Assembly: GCA_013239625.1 (NCBI GenBank)
Contig: MU054220.1
Location: 4,527,374-4,591,373, forward strand
Length of the DNA stretch: 64,000 bases
From: Lama guanicoe
Taxonomy: Eukaryota
Direction of reading: 5' to 3'
Position numbers and translations under genes: made by a program. Under the pieces are notes generated by a model, which saw nothing but the letters and a program-made list of their open reading frames with translations, had not been told where the DNA came from and did no database searches. Numbering within the stretch: position 1 is the stretch's first letter; each line of letters starts with the position of its first letter. Positions 50,943 through 64,000 of the stretch are shown in pieces.

Positions 50943-53010
50943 TGAAGGTATAACCTTGATATGAAAACCAGACAAGTATGAGAAAGAAAGATTGCAAGCC
51001 CATTTCTTAAATATAAATGCAGAAATTCCGAATAAAATACCAGCAAACTGAACTCAGCAGTGAATGAAGATAATGAGATGAGACCAAGAATGTAAAGGTG
51101 ATTTAATACTAGCAAGTCTATAACTCATTTAAAGCAAGGTCTCTGGAATTTGCCAGAAATGGTTCACCTAGGATGTACTTCCTTATGTATGTACACTGAG
51201 CTATTCTTGGAACATACCAGGTATGCTCTCCTTGGGCTCTTTGCCCCCCCAACTTGCTCTGCCTGAAATACTCTTCCCTTGGCAGAAAGGCTTGCTCAAG
51301 ACTGTTCCATCGCCGCCTCTCTCTAGGCCTGCCACGAGTACCTTATTTAACATCCCAAGCCTCCCACCATAACCCTGACATACAGATTCCCCATCCTACT
51401 TACCTTGCTTCATTTTCTGCACAGCATAGAGCACTCACACTATGTTATCATTCTGTTTGTTTATTACCCGCCTCCCTTCTTTGCTTCCCACCCCTGGTCC
51501 CAACCACTGTGCAAGTTTAAGGTCAATTGAGGCAAGAATTTTTGTCTGCGTCGTTCATTGTAGTTTCAGCAGCACCCAGAAAAGTAAATGGACATGGATG
51601 GCCTTCAATAAATGCACACAACAGTTTGTCTAGAAACTTTGGAACAAGGAAGACAAGCTGGCCTTGTATCTTTTTAGGATTACTGTTTGTTCCCACTTTG
51701 CTTGCTTTTCAGTGGCACACGTAAAGGGGAGTGGACAAAGTTGTAATATGATGTTTATCATGTTAAAATTTTTTATCTAATGCTTGTGCTCATGCTAAAC
51801 ACAGTGTTCCATTTATAGGTGTTTCCATATAAACCTTAATAGAAGAATTATGTTTCCACAAGGGAATTTGAATTCTGTCCATATTTAGATGTTTTGCATC
51901 ATGTTTGACATAAGTATGCTAATCTAAAAACATTAGAATGCCACCAAGTAGTGAGTCCTTCAAATTTTTAAGATTAAATGTTTCCAACATATTAAATGAA
52001 AAGCTTTGATCATTTGCTTTGATACTGGTAAACTACAAAGTTGTAGAATTCAGGACCACCAAAATCTCAGGTAATTTTTGGTGTCAATAAACTTCAGAAA
52101 TTATAGTACTACTTAAACTCATTTCATTCTCATAAGGTATTATTATCACAATAAATCCCTTTCACATGGAATCGGTACCATTTGATTGGTATTGGCTTTG
52201 ATGTTCGCTCTATATAAAATTCAGTTCTATTATATTTTGATGCAATAATATCAAATGAGAACTCAGAATTCATCTCTTTAGGACAGGACCACATTTGAGG
52301 AACTGAAGACCAATATTATCATCTTCATTTATTCCCAGTGCAAGTGGGCCTGGCATAAGGACAGATCAGAATGGCACACATCATTCTGTGTGTAGGACAA
52401 TTCCTCTCCTGTCCCACCCCCCTACCCCATGCTATTGCACTGAAAGGACAGTAAATGAAAATCTGGCTTTCTGTGTTGTGAAGTGAACAGATACTACATA
52501 AATAATCATTACTAGCTTCTGCTCTTCTTTTTTGTGTGTGTTCAAACCTTACCTAGCACAAATCAGACTATAAAATCAAGTCAACAAAAAGTCTAGAAAT
52601 TGTGCTTCACTATTTTGAAGGTTTCAGGAACACTGGTTTCTCTTAGTACAACTCTTCTTTTATGTGCCTAGAAACATAGATTTCCACGTCATCATCTTCA
52701 ACCTGGAGTGTCAAATACAAGAGGACACTTGCTAAGTTGAAGCAATCAAAGCCATAGCTCAGAAGTTTAGAGATCGCTAAGGGATTTCCTAGCCAGAATA
52801 CAACTGTTTTTTAAATGGGATAAAAGATGTATTTTGTATACTTGCAAATCAATCCCTCCCCCCTCTACCAACTCTCCATCAAAAGCCACTATAACAATCA
52901 ACCAACAAATATGTGAAGGCAAACGAGATGACAGTATCCAGTTCATTGTGGTTTCACCATTTCTAAAAGAAAATGAGAGAAAAAGGCAATGTGTTTTTCA
53001 TAAAGCTAAA

Positions 53011-53016
53011 TTTATT
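53011..53016 (-). terminator. Probable HSD17B12 polyA signal AATAAA (alternatives at 53222-53227 and 52328-52333)
   Basis: AATAAA about 1.37 kb after the stop, at the end of an AT-rich UTR-like segment. Confidence 0.6.
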
Positions 53017-54384
53017 CAATTTAAATGACTATTCTTCATTCTCAGATGATGTTCTTCCTATTTTGAGGGTGCTAAATGCCTTTTATATAATGATGCCAAT
53101 AGCAGATGGTAAATTTGGGTTTTTCTGTTTTTGTTTTATGTCCTTAGCTGGCAAGTTTAAAAGCTAGAAACAGTAGAAACACTTCAGCACACTAATTAAT
53201 TTTCGCTTTCCTTTTTTTTTTTTTATTTGTTTTGCAAATTTACTGGTACCTAAACTCAGAGCCTGGGAACCACAGCCTAGGCAAAGACCTACCTTCTATA
53301 TTGCATGTTACACAACACTGAGTTACTTCTGAGCAATTTCCCCAAACAAGTTATGTAGCAGGATTAAAGTAAGTCTTAATTTATATTAAACCAGTGTAAA
53401 AATGGCCTTAATTTCAAACACCAAAGAAATATATTCGCAATCAATACCATGGTTATATCATTTTTTAAAACTAATTATGTCGATATCTATAGGGCACCAA
53501 TTTAAAAGTATAATGCCATCATTGTTCTACAAGTAGTCTGCTGTCACATATGTGAGCAATCTTGATGCAGTGCAGAAAAACCACAGCTGGAGTCCAAGCA
53601 GGCCACTTTCTTGGGTCAGGGTTTTAGTGGCACTGCGGGGTCTGCCCATCTCAATGTACATTTTGGCCTGTTTACCTTTATAAGTCATACCATATAGCAT
53701 TCATCATTTATATACATTTAAACTGAGAAGACATATGTATTAGAGGAAAGCATTTTTTAGTGGGTTTCCTGTGTCAAAAATAACTCCATATTTCTTCATT
53801 ATTTTTACATCATTAGCTACCCTTGAGAAAGAAGAAGTGCCATATAAGTGTATAAACAGAGACATACTTTCAGAAAACCTTACCAAGAGCTATGCAAATT
53901 GAGTACGTCCTCCCATAAGTGAATCAGTTAATAATATCTCCACTCCCTCAAAGTGTTAAAAGCAAAAAAGAGTAGCTGGTGATTTTACAACATACTTTTT
54001 AAACTATGTTTTGGAGAAAATACAAGAACCATCATGACTAGCATTTGGGGCCAGATGAAACTCTTGAGCCTTATGTCTGACTCTATCATTCTGTGATTTG
54101 CCATCATTGTGTTCCTTCCTATTAAGCAGTTCTTCTTAATGTTAGTTTTATAGCCATTTGATATGAGTATTTATGTTAAACTTCAAAATAACTCCTAGTA
54201 GCTCCCAGAATATATGTCAGGAACTCCTAAAAGCAACTTCTGCTGTCCGCCCAATTATGACAACTTTTAGCTTTATCAGCAACTATTAACATGACAAATG
54301 AAGATCTGGAGATGGTGGGTGCCTTGCTGTGAACGTGCCTAGGCTGGAGCATCTGGCCAAGTTCCTCCATTCGATTATCAATTC

Positions 54385-54489
54385 TCAGTTCTTCTTGTTT
54401 TTCTTCAGATAGCGAGCCCGCATGGAAGTGCCTATATTCATGGCCATTTTAAAATACAGCCAGGAAGGCAGGCTTGAGATGACTGAAGC
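54385..54489 (-). CDS. HSD17B12: HSD17B12 last coding exon: ASVISSLPSWLYFKMAMNIGTSMRARYLKKNKKN*
   Basis: ctatag|GCT; lysine-rich ER-retrieval-type C-terminus; TGA at 54387-54385. Confidence 0.95.
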   Translation of the reverse strand, partial: ASVISSLPSWLYFKMAMNIGTSMRARYLKKNKKN

Positions 54490-54753
54490 CTATAGGGAAA
54501 GAAGTGGGGAGACATGTAATTAAGGCCTATAATTTGAAGTCATTTGAAACATACGCTCTTATGTTTTACTGTATTATTGTTTTATTTATAGGTAGATTTT
54601 AGAGTTCTTGGGTGTACTGTTTAAAATAAAATAAAACACAGATGCCTTGTTATTAAGTCTAGATAATGTATATAAGCTAATGTATCACATACTATTTTGT
54701 GATTCAATGTGATTCAGAGTGCTGATTTGGGACTTACAGATAGATCTACATAC

Positions 54754-54903
54754 CATAAGAGAATGGATCAGGTAGCCGTTGGTTCGGGACTGCACGCCGA
54801 CGGTTTTAATTGCAGACTTCACAAACACCTCTGGAGAGGGCTTATCCCAAGTTGGCCTTCGGATGTTAGCCAGTTTTGTAGCAACAAAGTAGGGGAGGAC
54901 ACT
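54754..54903 (-). CDS. HSD17B12: HSD17B12 penultimate exon: SVLPYFVATKLANIRRPTWDKPSPEVFVKSAIKTVGVQSRTNGYLIHSLM (very-long-chain 3-oxoacyl-CoA reductase)
   Basis: 150 nt, ttccag|AGT ... ATG|gtatgt; recognisable HSD17B12 peptide; earlier exons not found in the window. Confidence 0.95.
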
Positions 54904-57900
54904 CTGGAAAGACAACATACCCCACCCCCCAAAACCATGCCATTAATTAGGAAGGTCACAAACTCAGAATTCACAGTGATGCTTTACTGTTCTTAGTGGC
55001 AGAAACACTCTGAAGAAATCTAAAGTTTGTATCTTTAGAGAGAGAAGAAAAGAGAAGCAATTATCTAAAGCTACCTTGATAGAACAAATGACAGCTTTAA
55101 AACAAACTGTAAAAAACCAATCTACCAACACAACAGAGTTGGAACTAGAGAAAGTATTAAAAATAAGCAGAAATGTACCTTTTTTTGAGCCTTTAAAAAG
55201 AAAGCGTTAAACAAATCTAGAGAGCAGGGATTCAGGACAGGATGCTTTCCACTCTGACTCAGCATAATAGTTAGAGAACCACCACCCAGGAGATTTTTGA
55301 CATTTTACCCCCCTAAAGAGATTATATTAATTTTCTCCATAATTTATAGTTATTAAGCTTATTCTAACAGCTTTGGTCCCTCTAAAATAAACATTTCTCG
55401 TTCTCAGCTTTGGGCTACCACATTTCCTCCCTAGTTTCTTACCATTCTGCTTCTGAGTTCTCTAAACTTTGCTATTGATATGACAGGATCACCTCCCTTT
55501 TTTTTTTTAACTTTTTTCTTTGTGGGGGGAGACAGGATAACATTATAGAAACAGCTCGACTAGTGTGGGAGGACAAATCTGGACGCTACCTTTTAGAGGA
55601 ACCTCACTCTGTTCTTTTTTTCTTACACTTGCTACATTTTGGATACACTTCAACACAGAATGTAAGGAAACCCTATTACAACAACACCTGAGTCATGTCT
55701 CACAAGGTTCCTTCTCTAGTATGAAATAACTTGGGCATAGTTGCACACCAAGGAGTGAATGTACTGTCTGCCATGTGTGAGAGGACAGGGTGTAAATTAC
55801 AATGAAACACCTATTAAAGAGGATCTGTTTCAACACATGGTGGGCAAAATCAAGAACTTCATTACTAGAAGCAGAAATAAAATTAAGATGTGTCTAGACT
55901 GTAGACTTCCTTCCTGCTGAGAGCTGGGGAGTTCCTGTATCTCTTTGGTTTGTTTTGTATTTTTCCCACTTCCAAGTGTGAGTCACCCTCCTTAACAGGT
56001 GGGCTGAAACTTTTTTTTTTAAATCCATACAAACTTCAGCCCACCTGTTAAGAACCATGAACCCAAGGGCCTCACCACTGTCCTTCTCCATCTTTCTCTT
56101 AGTCCCTGCAGCCACAAACCTACACAAAGTAAGTTAACCTCCCCAAAGTACTTCAATACCAGGGCCAATTTTGATTAGGTGAACTTTTAGACTTTTAGAC
56201 TTTTGAGAATTTGTTTATTGAAATTACTATTTTTTTATCCCTTAAAGAGCAATTTTTTTTTTGGTCAAAAAGTCTTTAATTTTAAAACCATGCTTATACA
56301 AGGATCCAGTATGTGAGAACACAAACCAAAGAGAGAGCTCAGCCTAACACACAGCATGAAAGGCCGAGCTCAAGGAGGGTCTACCAATGGGTAGGGAAAG
56401 AAAAGTTTGTTCATCGACCTGAGTAGAAAACAAAGCAAAGACAGTTTATGCATATACTCTGACTCAAATAATGAAGGAATATAAGAAAACCATGCCACAT
56501 CTCTGTGTCTCAGAGTTTCTGGTTACAAAAAAAGATTTAAAAAAAAAAAACCCTTCTCATCTATAGACCATAGGCCTGCCAAGAGTACTGTACAGTTTTG
56601 AGCGTCTCAACATAAAGGTGGTCTACTAATTATACCTTCTGTTTACATAATTGTATTACAATCCTTTCTCCCTCCTGCTCGCTCTCTCTGGCATAAATCT
56701 GACTGTTTTGATCCTGTAGAAGAATTGAGTCGCACTGCCTGGCTGAACCACTTGATGGTGCCACATGTTAACTCATCATTCAGCTAAACCATCCCCCTAG
56801 TCTAGAGAAGGTCCTGGCTCTGGAGGTGGGGACAAGAGACGCCTGTCAGTTCTATTCTGGAGAGGATATTTATTTCCACAGTGGTTTAAAATCAAGGCAG
56901 TTAACATGGCCTCACAGAGGATGGAAAGGATTCAGAGATGAAGTAACTTTTCAGCTAAGTCTTTATAAAGTGGGGAGTCTGCTAGCTAAACAAATAAGGG
57001 CAGAACATTTTGGGTAATGGGGACAGCAGGACCAAAGAAAAGGAGACATAGGAGAGCATGCTGTTTTCAGGGAACCACGTGTAGTTCAGTACGGTTCAGA
57101 CATCGGAAACGTGGGAAGCAGTGGCGGGAGGAAGGCTAAACAGCTCAAAAAATTACATCCAATCACTGAGAGTATCCATTTTTACAGCATAAGCTCTGTG
57201 GCGACATGGTCTTTTTCACCGTGATATTGCCAGTGCTTAGAACAGTACCTAGCATGGAGCAGGGGAGCAAAGAAGATGTATTGAATAAGTTAGCAACAGA
57301 ATAGTTCATTTTGGACAACACTGAATATTGTACAGGGGTCCCTTTCTACTGCTGCAGTCCAGAAAGTTAACTAAACCGGGAAGTTGACAATGTCATATGA
57401 GAGTTTAAACCAAAAATTTTAGATATTCTGAAGCTTAAGAAAGACTACCTATCTAAACAAAGGCAAACTTACAGGTCTTAGTAACTTGCCCAGAATTTAA
57501 AAAGCAGTGTTTCAAGTTATGTAAAAGAAATATATGACAAAATATCATCCTAGCTACATCCTTCAACAGTTAAACAAAAACCCAATAAATGATAATCCAT
57601 TTTTCCCACCTACGCGGGGAGACATTACAGTGAACAGGTCAGAGGATTCTCAAACTTTTATAGGAAGTACTTGGGGCAGAAGAAATTTTAAAAGTTGCTT
57701 AAGCTCAACAATTTGCCATTAAAAATATTGCCAGCTTGGAGACAACCTGAACCTTGACAGCTTCAGATACAGGCAAGTGCCCTGGTCTTCACACTTAGAA
57801 TCCCAAACTGAAAATGGTTCACTAGGCCATAAAGCAAAGCTCTGGATGTTTTGCCTTGGCTCAGCCTATTAAAAAAAAAAATCCCTGGAGACAAACTTGG

Positions 57901-59265
57901 AGTCTTTTACCTCACCCACTGAGTAGCCTGCTTAGGTATCTAGTCTTTAGGAAACAGTTTAGGGGGCCTTGGTTCAGAACAGGAAGCTTCCTACAACTTA
58001 ATGTCACAGAGTCGGGGAAAGATGGATGCCTGATGCTGCGAGGCAGGTGTTCAAGACTCAAACACTGAACCTTCTAGCTTCTGCTGGTGGAGTGTCTTTC
58101 ATGTTGTCATCTGTGCACCAAGCATGCCTTCTCGAATTGAAAAATGACCCGAACAACTCAGAACCATGCTTCGGGAAACATGGATCCAGAGGACGCCAGG
58201 CTCCAGTCTATTTGCACAATATAGAATTCCCAACATGGTGTCTAATCTGTCTTATGAGCACTAAGTTCACCAGGGAAGCTACCACATGCTCCTAAGGCTG
58301 AGGCTGTGGCTCTGATGGTGTTCTAGGGAATCTTTTCTCCTAAAGTCCGTGTGTTCACCCTCCATTTCAGGATCTGATATCCTCCAGGAAACCTGAATAA
58401 TTATATACATAGATCCTAGTTTTGGAGTTTGTAGACCATGAAATGAGCATTTCCACAAAAGGGCCCTTGATCGTCTCACTGGTAAAAACCCTTGGACTTC
58501 CTAGAAAATGTTAGGAAAAAGAAGTCATTCTGATGGTGCTGAGATCTCTGATTCTATGGCAATGAGCAAAGGCCCCATAGTAACATTAGATATAAACCTG
58601 GGCACCTGAGCCCAGAATGAAGGAGTTAAAATGCTGGGCTCTGCACAAAGAAAATCTTTGATCCATCCTGGCTGCCTGATAGTCTTACAAATGACCTACT
58701 TCCAAGCACGTGGAATTCGGATGTTAACATTCAAGGAACAAGAGGAAAAACAGTGTTACCTCACTGAAGGCATGTATTTAACAAGGATTTCCTGAGCACC
58801 TACTAGAACACTGTTTTAGGCACTTGTAATACATTTATGAACAAAAATAAAGTCCCTAATCTTACAGAGCTTACATTTTAATGGGGGTGGGGCACTAGGG
58901 GGTGGGTGTACACAGACCACAAACAAATGGTAAAAGAATGTGTACAACATTGGCAGGTGATGATAAAAAGGAAGAAAAATAAACCTGAGTAAAGGAAGGA
59001 GGTGATGGAAGCTGATCCTGTATAGGTGATCAAGAAAGCCCTCTGTGATATGGTGACATATATGTGACGTGGTTACACATAAGCAAAGGTCCTAGTGAAG
59101 GGAGAGAAATGATCTGGACTGTGCTTTAAAGAGATCACTCTGACTGTTAGGGGCAAACTGTGGGGGCTACAGGCAAGGCTGAGCATAGGCACCCCCAAGT
59201 GTCCAGGACAAGAGGTCATGGTGGCTCAGATTAGAGTAGTAGGAATGGCAGTCATCAGAAGTGGA

Positions 59266-59385
59266 TTTTTTTTTAAATTAGGCTTATTTATTTACTTTTT
59301 AAATGGAGGTACTGGGGATTGAACCTAGGACCTCGTGCATGCTAAACATGCACTCCACCACTGAGCTATACCCTCTGCTTCCCCT
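59266..59385 (-). mobile_element. tRNA-derived SINE
   Basis: Reverse complement: ggtatagctcagtggtggagtgcatg...ggttcaatccccagtacctcca, then an A-rich tail. Confidence 0.88.
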
Positions 59386-61999
59386 GCCAGAAAGTGGATA
59401 TATTTAAAGGATAAACTAAAGTCAGTAGGATTTCCTGATGGAAAGAATAAGCAAGGTACAGGGGGAAAAAACATCAGCTTAGAAGTCAGATAGACTTGGA
59501 TTCAGATTCCACTTGACCACTTATGAGCTGTGAGATCTTGAGCAAAATGCTGAGCTTCATTGGAGGATAAAGCATCTTCCCTATTGTATTATGAGGATTA
59601 AATAACATACTATCAGTTAAAGAGTATGGGATTTGAACTCAGCAATTATTTTCTGAGTTTTCTAAGATTTATATTTTTCAGAATGAATTTGGAAAGAAAA
59701 ACTTGGCTGAATTTTTATATCCTATAAGAGGTGTAAGAACCTATACAAAATGACTGAGGTAGCCACCCGGATATCTGAGTACTTTCTGGATACAGATTTA
59801 ATGTGGTTTGAAGGATTAAAGGACATCTTAGGTTTTTAGTGCTTGTGGTACAACACTGTTGTAAAAGGCCAAGAAAAAAAAAGATATCATCACTGATAAA
59901 AAATGGGGCTTCACCTAGTTGGAAGGGATCTGGGTCCAATGATCCCAACAGGACTAATTTTATCCTTAAGCCATTTCTTATGTTGGTGCAGTTGACCAGA
60001 TATGAATATATCCTGGGAGACTCTTTCTGTTGCTTTATAGTTCTCTGTATTTAGACTCTGTTTGCACTAAAAATACACTCCATTACCTTCTTTTATTGTC
60101 ACTGGCAATTAACGAGAAGAATGGATGAGGACTTACGTTTGCTTTGCAATCCTGACAGCCATGTCTCCATGTTTGGCTTTCTAGCTCTGTGAAGCCTGGT
60201 AGATCTATATGACAACTCTGAGCAATAGAATGTTTTACCAAAACATAAAATAGGAATATCTTCTTTCATTTAAAAAATAAACTTGAATTTTGTTTTCTCC
60301 CTCTTCTCAATTCATCCTGTTTGTTTTCTAAATTTAAGCTGATTTAAAGCTACGTTTTTAACCGAATTAATACCCGCTTTCTCTGGGTCTGGGTGGTCTC
60401 CACTTGCCTCCTCATCTTTCCTCGGGTAGAGAGTCAGGTCAACTAAACCTTACGGGACGGTTTTAGTTAGCAAACAATCTCCTTGTTGAGAGCGCTTCCA
60501 GAGACCTGGCTTCCCAGCTCCAGGGAAGAAAACCACGGTGCCGAGTAACACCCAAGGAGAAGCAAGAAGGCATTGCAGAAAGAGCACAGACCCCGGTGTT
60601 ATCCAAACCCACATCACCAACACAGATGGGTAAATTTCCTACTCCTTCCCACATTCCCCAACATAGCAGCTGCCTTTAGGTTCTTCACAGGGCTGACACT
60701 ATGTAAAACCATCTCAGTCCTGTATTTGCTTATTTATTATCTGTCTCCTTCCCACTAAACATCAACTCTGCCACAGCAGGGACTCCATCTGTCTTTCTGC
60801 CATTGCGTCCCCAGCTCCCTGCTAGCTCCTTCTCAGTTTTTCTTGACTGAGGGCATGTGGAACACGATATATGCTTCTAGTTTTGGACTTAGTATCCCTT
60901 GTCATTGTCATGTGTTTAAATCTCTGTCTTCTCTCTCTGTGGGTGCCTTGAGGACAGGGACTGTGTCTGATTCCCTTGGCCTCCTCCCTGCCTCACTAAA
61001 GAGCTGGCCAGGGGCAGGCGCTGCGCTGGCTGGTGAGCTGCACTGACCTGAGGCAAGTTACATGATTCCTATTGATTGTTAGCTTCCCATTCGTAAAATG
61101 GGACTAGGTTAATGTCTGCCTCAAACAGGGTAACAAAGTAGGTGAAAATATGAGGCATGTTGTAGGCAGTCAATAAATGCAAATTTCTTTCTTCCCATTT
61201 CACAGTTTTCAGTGTTTTTACAGATGCTACATCATGTGTCCCCACCTGCTGGAGGGGGAGGCTAAGTCTCACAGTAATGAAGCAGCTTTCTATGGGGACA
61301 TCAGAGCTAAAACCTTGGTTGGTTGACTCTGGGCTCAGCATCCTTCCCTCACTGCCTCTGAGCACAGCAGTCATAAATGCAGTCTGCATAAAACCACAGC
61401 CTGGACTGAGAGAGCTGTGACTTCTTGGTTTGAAGTGGCTAAATATCTGGGCAGGGCTTTATAAATTCTTTAGCATCAGAAAGCTCTTCATAAGCCAGAT
61501 TTGTGAAGAATCATTGCTTGATGCTAAATGTAGAGGAAACTGTAACAGGGAGCAGGACATTTGCATGGTCTTCAAAGTGTCTCCCCACAAGTGGCTCATT
61601 AGTGCAAGGGGGAAGAACAGTAATGACAGAGCAGAGAAACTGGGTAACTCGAATGAAGGCTCAAAATCAACATCACCAGTGAGGGGGCAGGTGGATATCA
61701 TGTGTCTCTGAATGTGATGCCCTGAGACAGATACAATGTCACGTATGTAATTTTGGCCAGGAAAGCATAACCTGAACCTAACCATGAGGAAGCATCAGAG
61801 AAATCCCAAATGAGGAATGTTTGATGAAAAGGAGCTGTGGATGTATTCCAGATTAAAGGGAACTAAAGAGACAGGAAAGCTGTATAATACCTGGTCCTAG
61901 ATTGAATTCTTTACAGGAGGATTAAAAAAATGCTATAGAGGACACCACGGAGTCAAAAATTGGAATACAAAGGGCATATTAGACAAAAATACTACATCA

Positions 62000-62132
62000 G
62001 GGTAGGATATAGCTAGCTCAGTGGTAGAGCACATGCTTAGCATGCATAAGGTCCTGGATTCCATCCCCAGTACTTCCATTAAACAAACAAACATACAAAC
62101 AAACCAAATTACCACCCCCCAAAAAGTTAAAA
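62000..62132 (+). mobile_element. tRNA-derived SINE inside an old L1 3' end (~61500-62400)
   Basis: 15-bp TSD aaaaatactacatca at 61985-61999 and 62133-62147. Confidence 0.9.
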
Positions 62133-64000
62133 AAAAATACTACATCAATGTTAATTCTAAAGTTGGTAACTGAACTGTGGTTATGTAAAAGGATATCCTT
62201 ATTCTTTGGAAATACACACTAAAGGAGTTAGAGGTAAGGAAACATGATGTATGCAGCTCACTTCCCAATGATAAAACAAATGGAGTAAAATGTTAACAAT
62301 AAGTGAATCTGGGTAGAGTACTGGGGTGTCTTTTGTACTATTCTTATTCTTACGAGTTCTCTGTAGACTTGAAATTATTTCCAAATCCAAAGTTTTTTAA
62401 AAAAACAAGACGGTTTGTGAAAGTTTTACAGAATAAGAGTTCAAGAAGTGTTGTTTTAGGATGCCATCTTAGTCTTAGCTATTTCTTACCTGCTCAGCAT
62501 TAACAGCAAGTTGGTATGGGGCACACAGAAGGAATCGGGTACTGGGGCCCACTAACCAGCCAGTCAGATCACTTATGATTTTGCCCTTTGAAAGAGTTAA
62601 GCATAATTTTGCCTGGGGTAATAATGAGAACAGAGAGTTCTTACCAACAGAGCACACTTTTGATAAGATTTATGAGAATGTACTTCTTATCCTCAACAGA
62701 CAGAGTCAAAATTCACCTCCAGGACACTTGTATCACTTGTTGCTACTGACTTGCATTTCCAGGAAATGCTTGTATATTGGCAAATCTGAATTCATGGAGG
62801 AAATTTTAAATGCCTTTACATAATTATAGGAAAGAAGGGGATTGAAAAGCAAAGACAAAATGATTAATTAGCAATGAATATAAAACAACCTAGAATTTGA
62901 GAAACCTACTCTCTTCCTCTCCCCAAAGAGCAATCTGTTGGACCTTCACATGGAGGCAGACCTTAAAAGAGAACTTTCCCTCCAAAGTTAGAAGAAACTG
63001 AAACTTGGCATTAGAACATTAGCTGGGAAACCCTTTAAATACTGAGTTTGAAAATTCAAGACCAGAAGTATATGGAAGCAACAGAAGAAGCTTGAAAAGC
63101 CTTAAAACAGAGGGCTGTGTATCACAAAGCATGGACATGCATAGCCAGTTTCTGCGATGCCAGGAAATGGCAGGTCTCTAGTGTGCCTGGAATTACATGT
63201 GCCATTAGCAACACACAGACAAACACAATAAAAAGCCTGTTCTCAAGAATACACTGGAATGGGGACAGTTCCAGGCCAGAGAGTCCCAGCCAGACATATA
63301 TAATAAGAAATAAGAGGGCAGAAGGGAAGGCATAACCAAACATACCAGCAGCCGAGATAAGGCTTCCCAGGGCAGGTGAAGTGTGACAGAAACCCTGAAA
63401 GATGGACGGGGTCCACAGGCTCAGGTGTGAACGGGGCAGAGAGATGTGGAGTGTGGACATGGAGAGGAGTTGGGGAGAGGGCAGGCTGACAGAGGGGCCA
63501 GTCATGGGCATTGCAGAGGGCAGAGCACACACCGGCCACTACAGTGTCCACTCCAGCCGGAATGCAGAGTGGGATGATACAGTGACAAGAGAGGCGGTGG
63601 CCTTGTGGGGTCTGAATTCAATGCTAAACACTACGGGCAGCCCCTGGGGGGCTACGAAGCAAAGCAACGTTATCAGACTTGTTTTTAACAAGATCACCCA
63701 GGAAACAGTATGTGGGATAGAGTGGAAGGGGAAGCCAGCTGATAAATACTCCTGGACCAAAAAATGTGCAGACTTAACACACCACCAGAGAAAAAAACAA
63801 TACTTTTTAACTGAGCTTCATTGAGATCCCACCTTTTTGATCCCCTTGATCAGAATCAATATGAGATCGTCTTCTACTTCAGCATTCTCATGTGTTCCCA
63901 AAGCAACGGGACAATTGTACTTTCCTCACTAACAGTTCAGCATTTATTTTTTTCACCAAATTCATTCTAAGTTTAAACCTTGAATGAATTCCTGTGAAGG

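Noticed and set aside
54904..64000. Further upstream HSD17B12 exons, and the ORF cluster at 63117-63824
   Set aside because: No HSD17B12-matching exon found, so this is treated as intron; the ORFs overlap on both strands and resemble old L2-type repeat sequence

Overview
Mammalian genomic DNA, probably camelid judging by the tRNA-derived SINE type (inference). The minus strand carries the complete ALKBH3 gene: CpG-island promoter near 34.5 kb, non-coding exon 1 and nine coding exons from 32669 to 2677, giving 298 aa with catalytic HxD...H...R..R intact. It also carries the last two exons and 3' UTR of HSD17B12 (54903 to ~53000). The rest is intron or intergenic sequence rich in L1, L2, MIR, hAT/MER, MaLR and SINE repeats. 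The main unexplained signal is a chain of plus-strand, phase-compatible, splice-site-bounded segments (core 6706-12960, possibly 932-14574). They join into a protein-like frame with few stops, antisense to and interleaved with the 3' half of ALKBH3. This is a candidate decayed multi-exon protein-coding gene where human has the lncRNA ALKBH3-AS1. Other points: a TSD-flanked ORF1-only L1 whose ORF2 loss resembles a splicing event, a GC-AG intron, a uORF and a C-terminal extension in ALKBH3, and a near-perfect intronic RFX X-box. Repeat family names come from recall, not from a database search.
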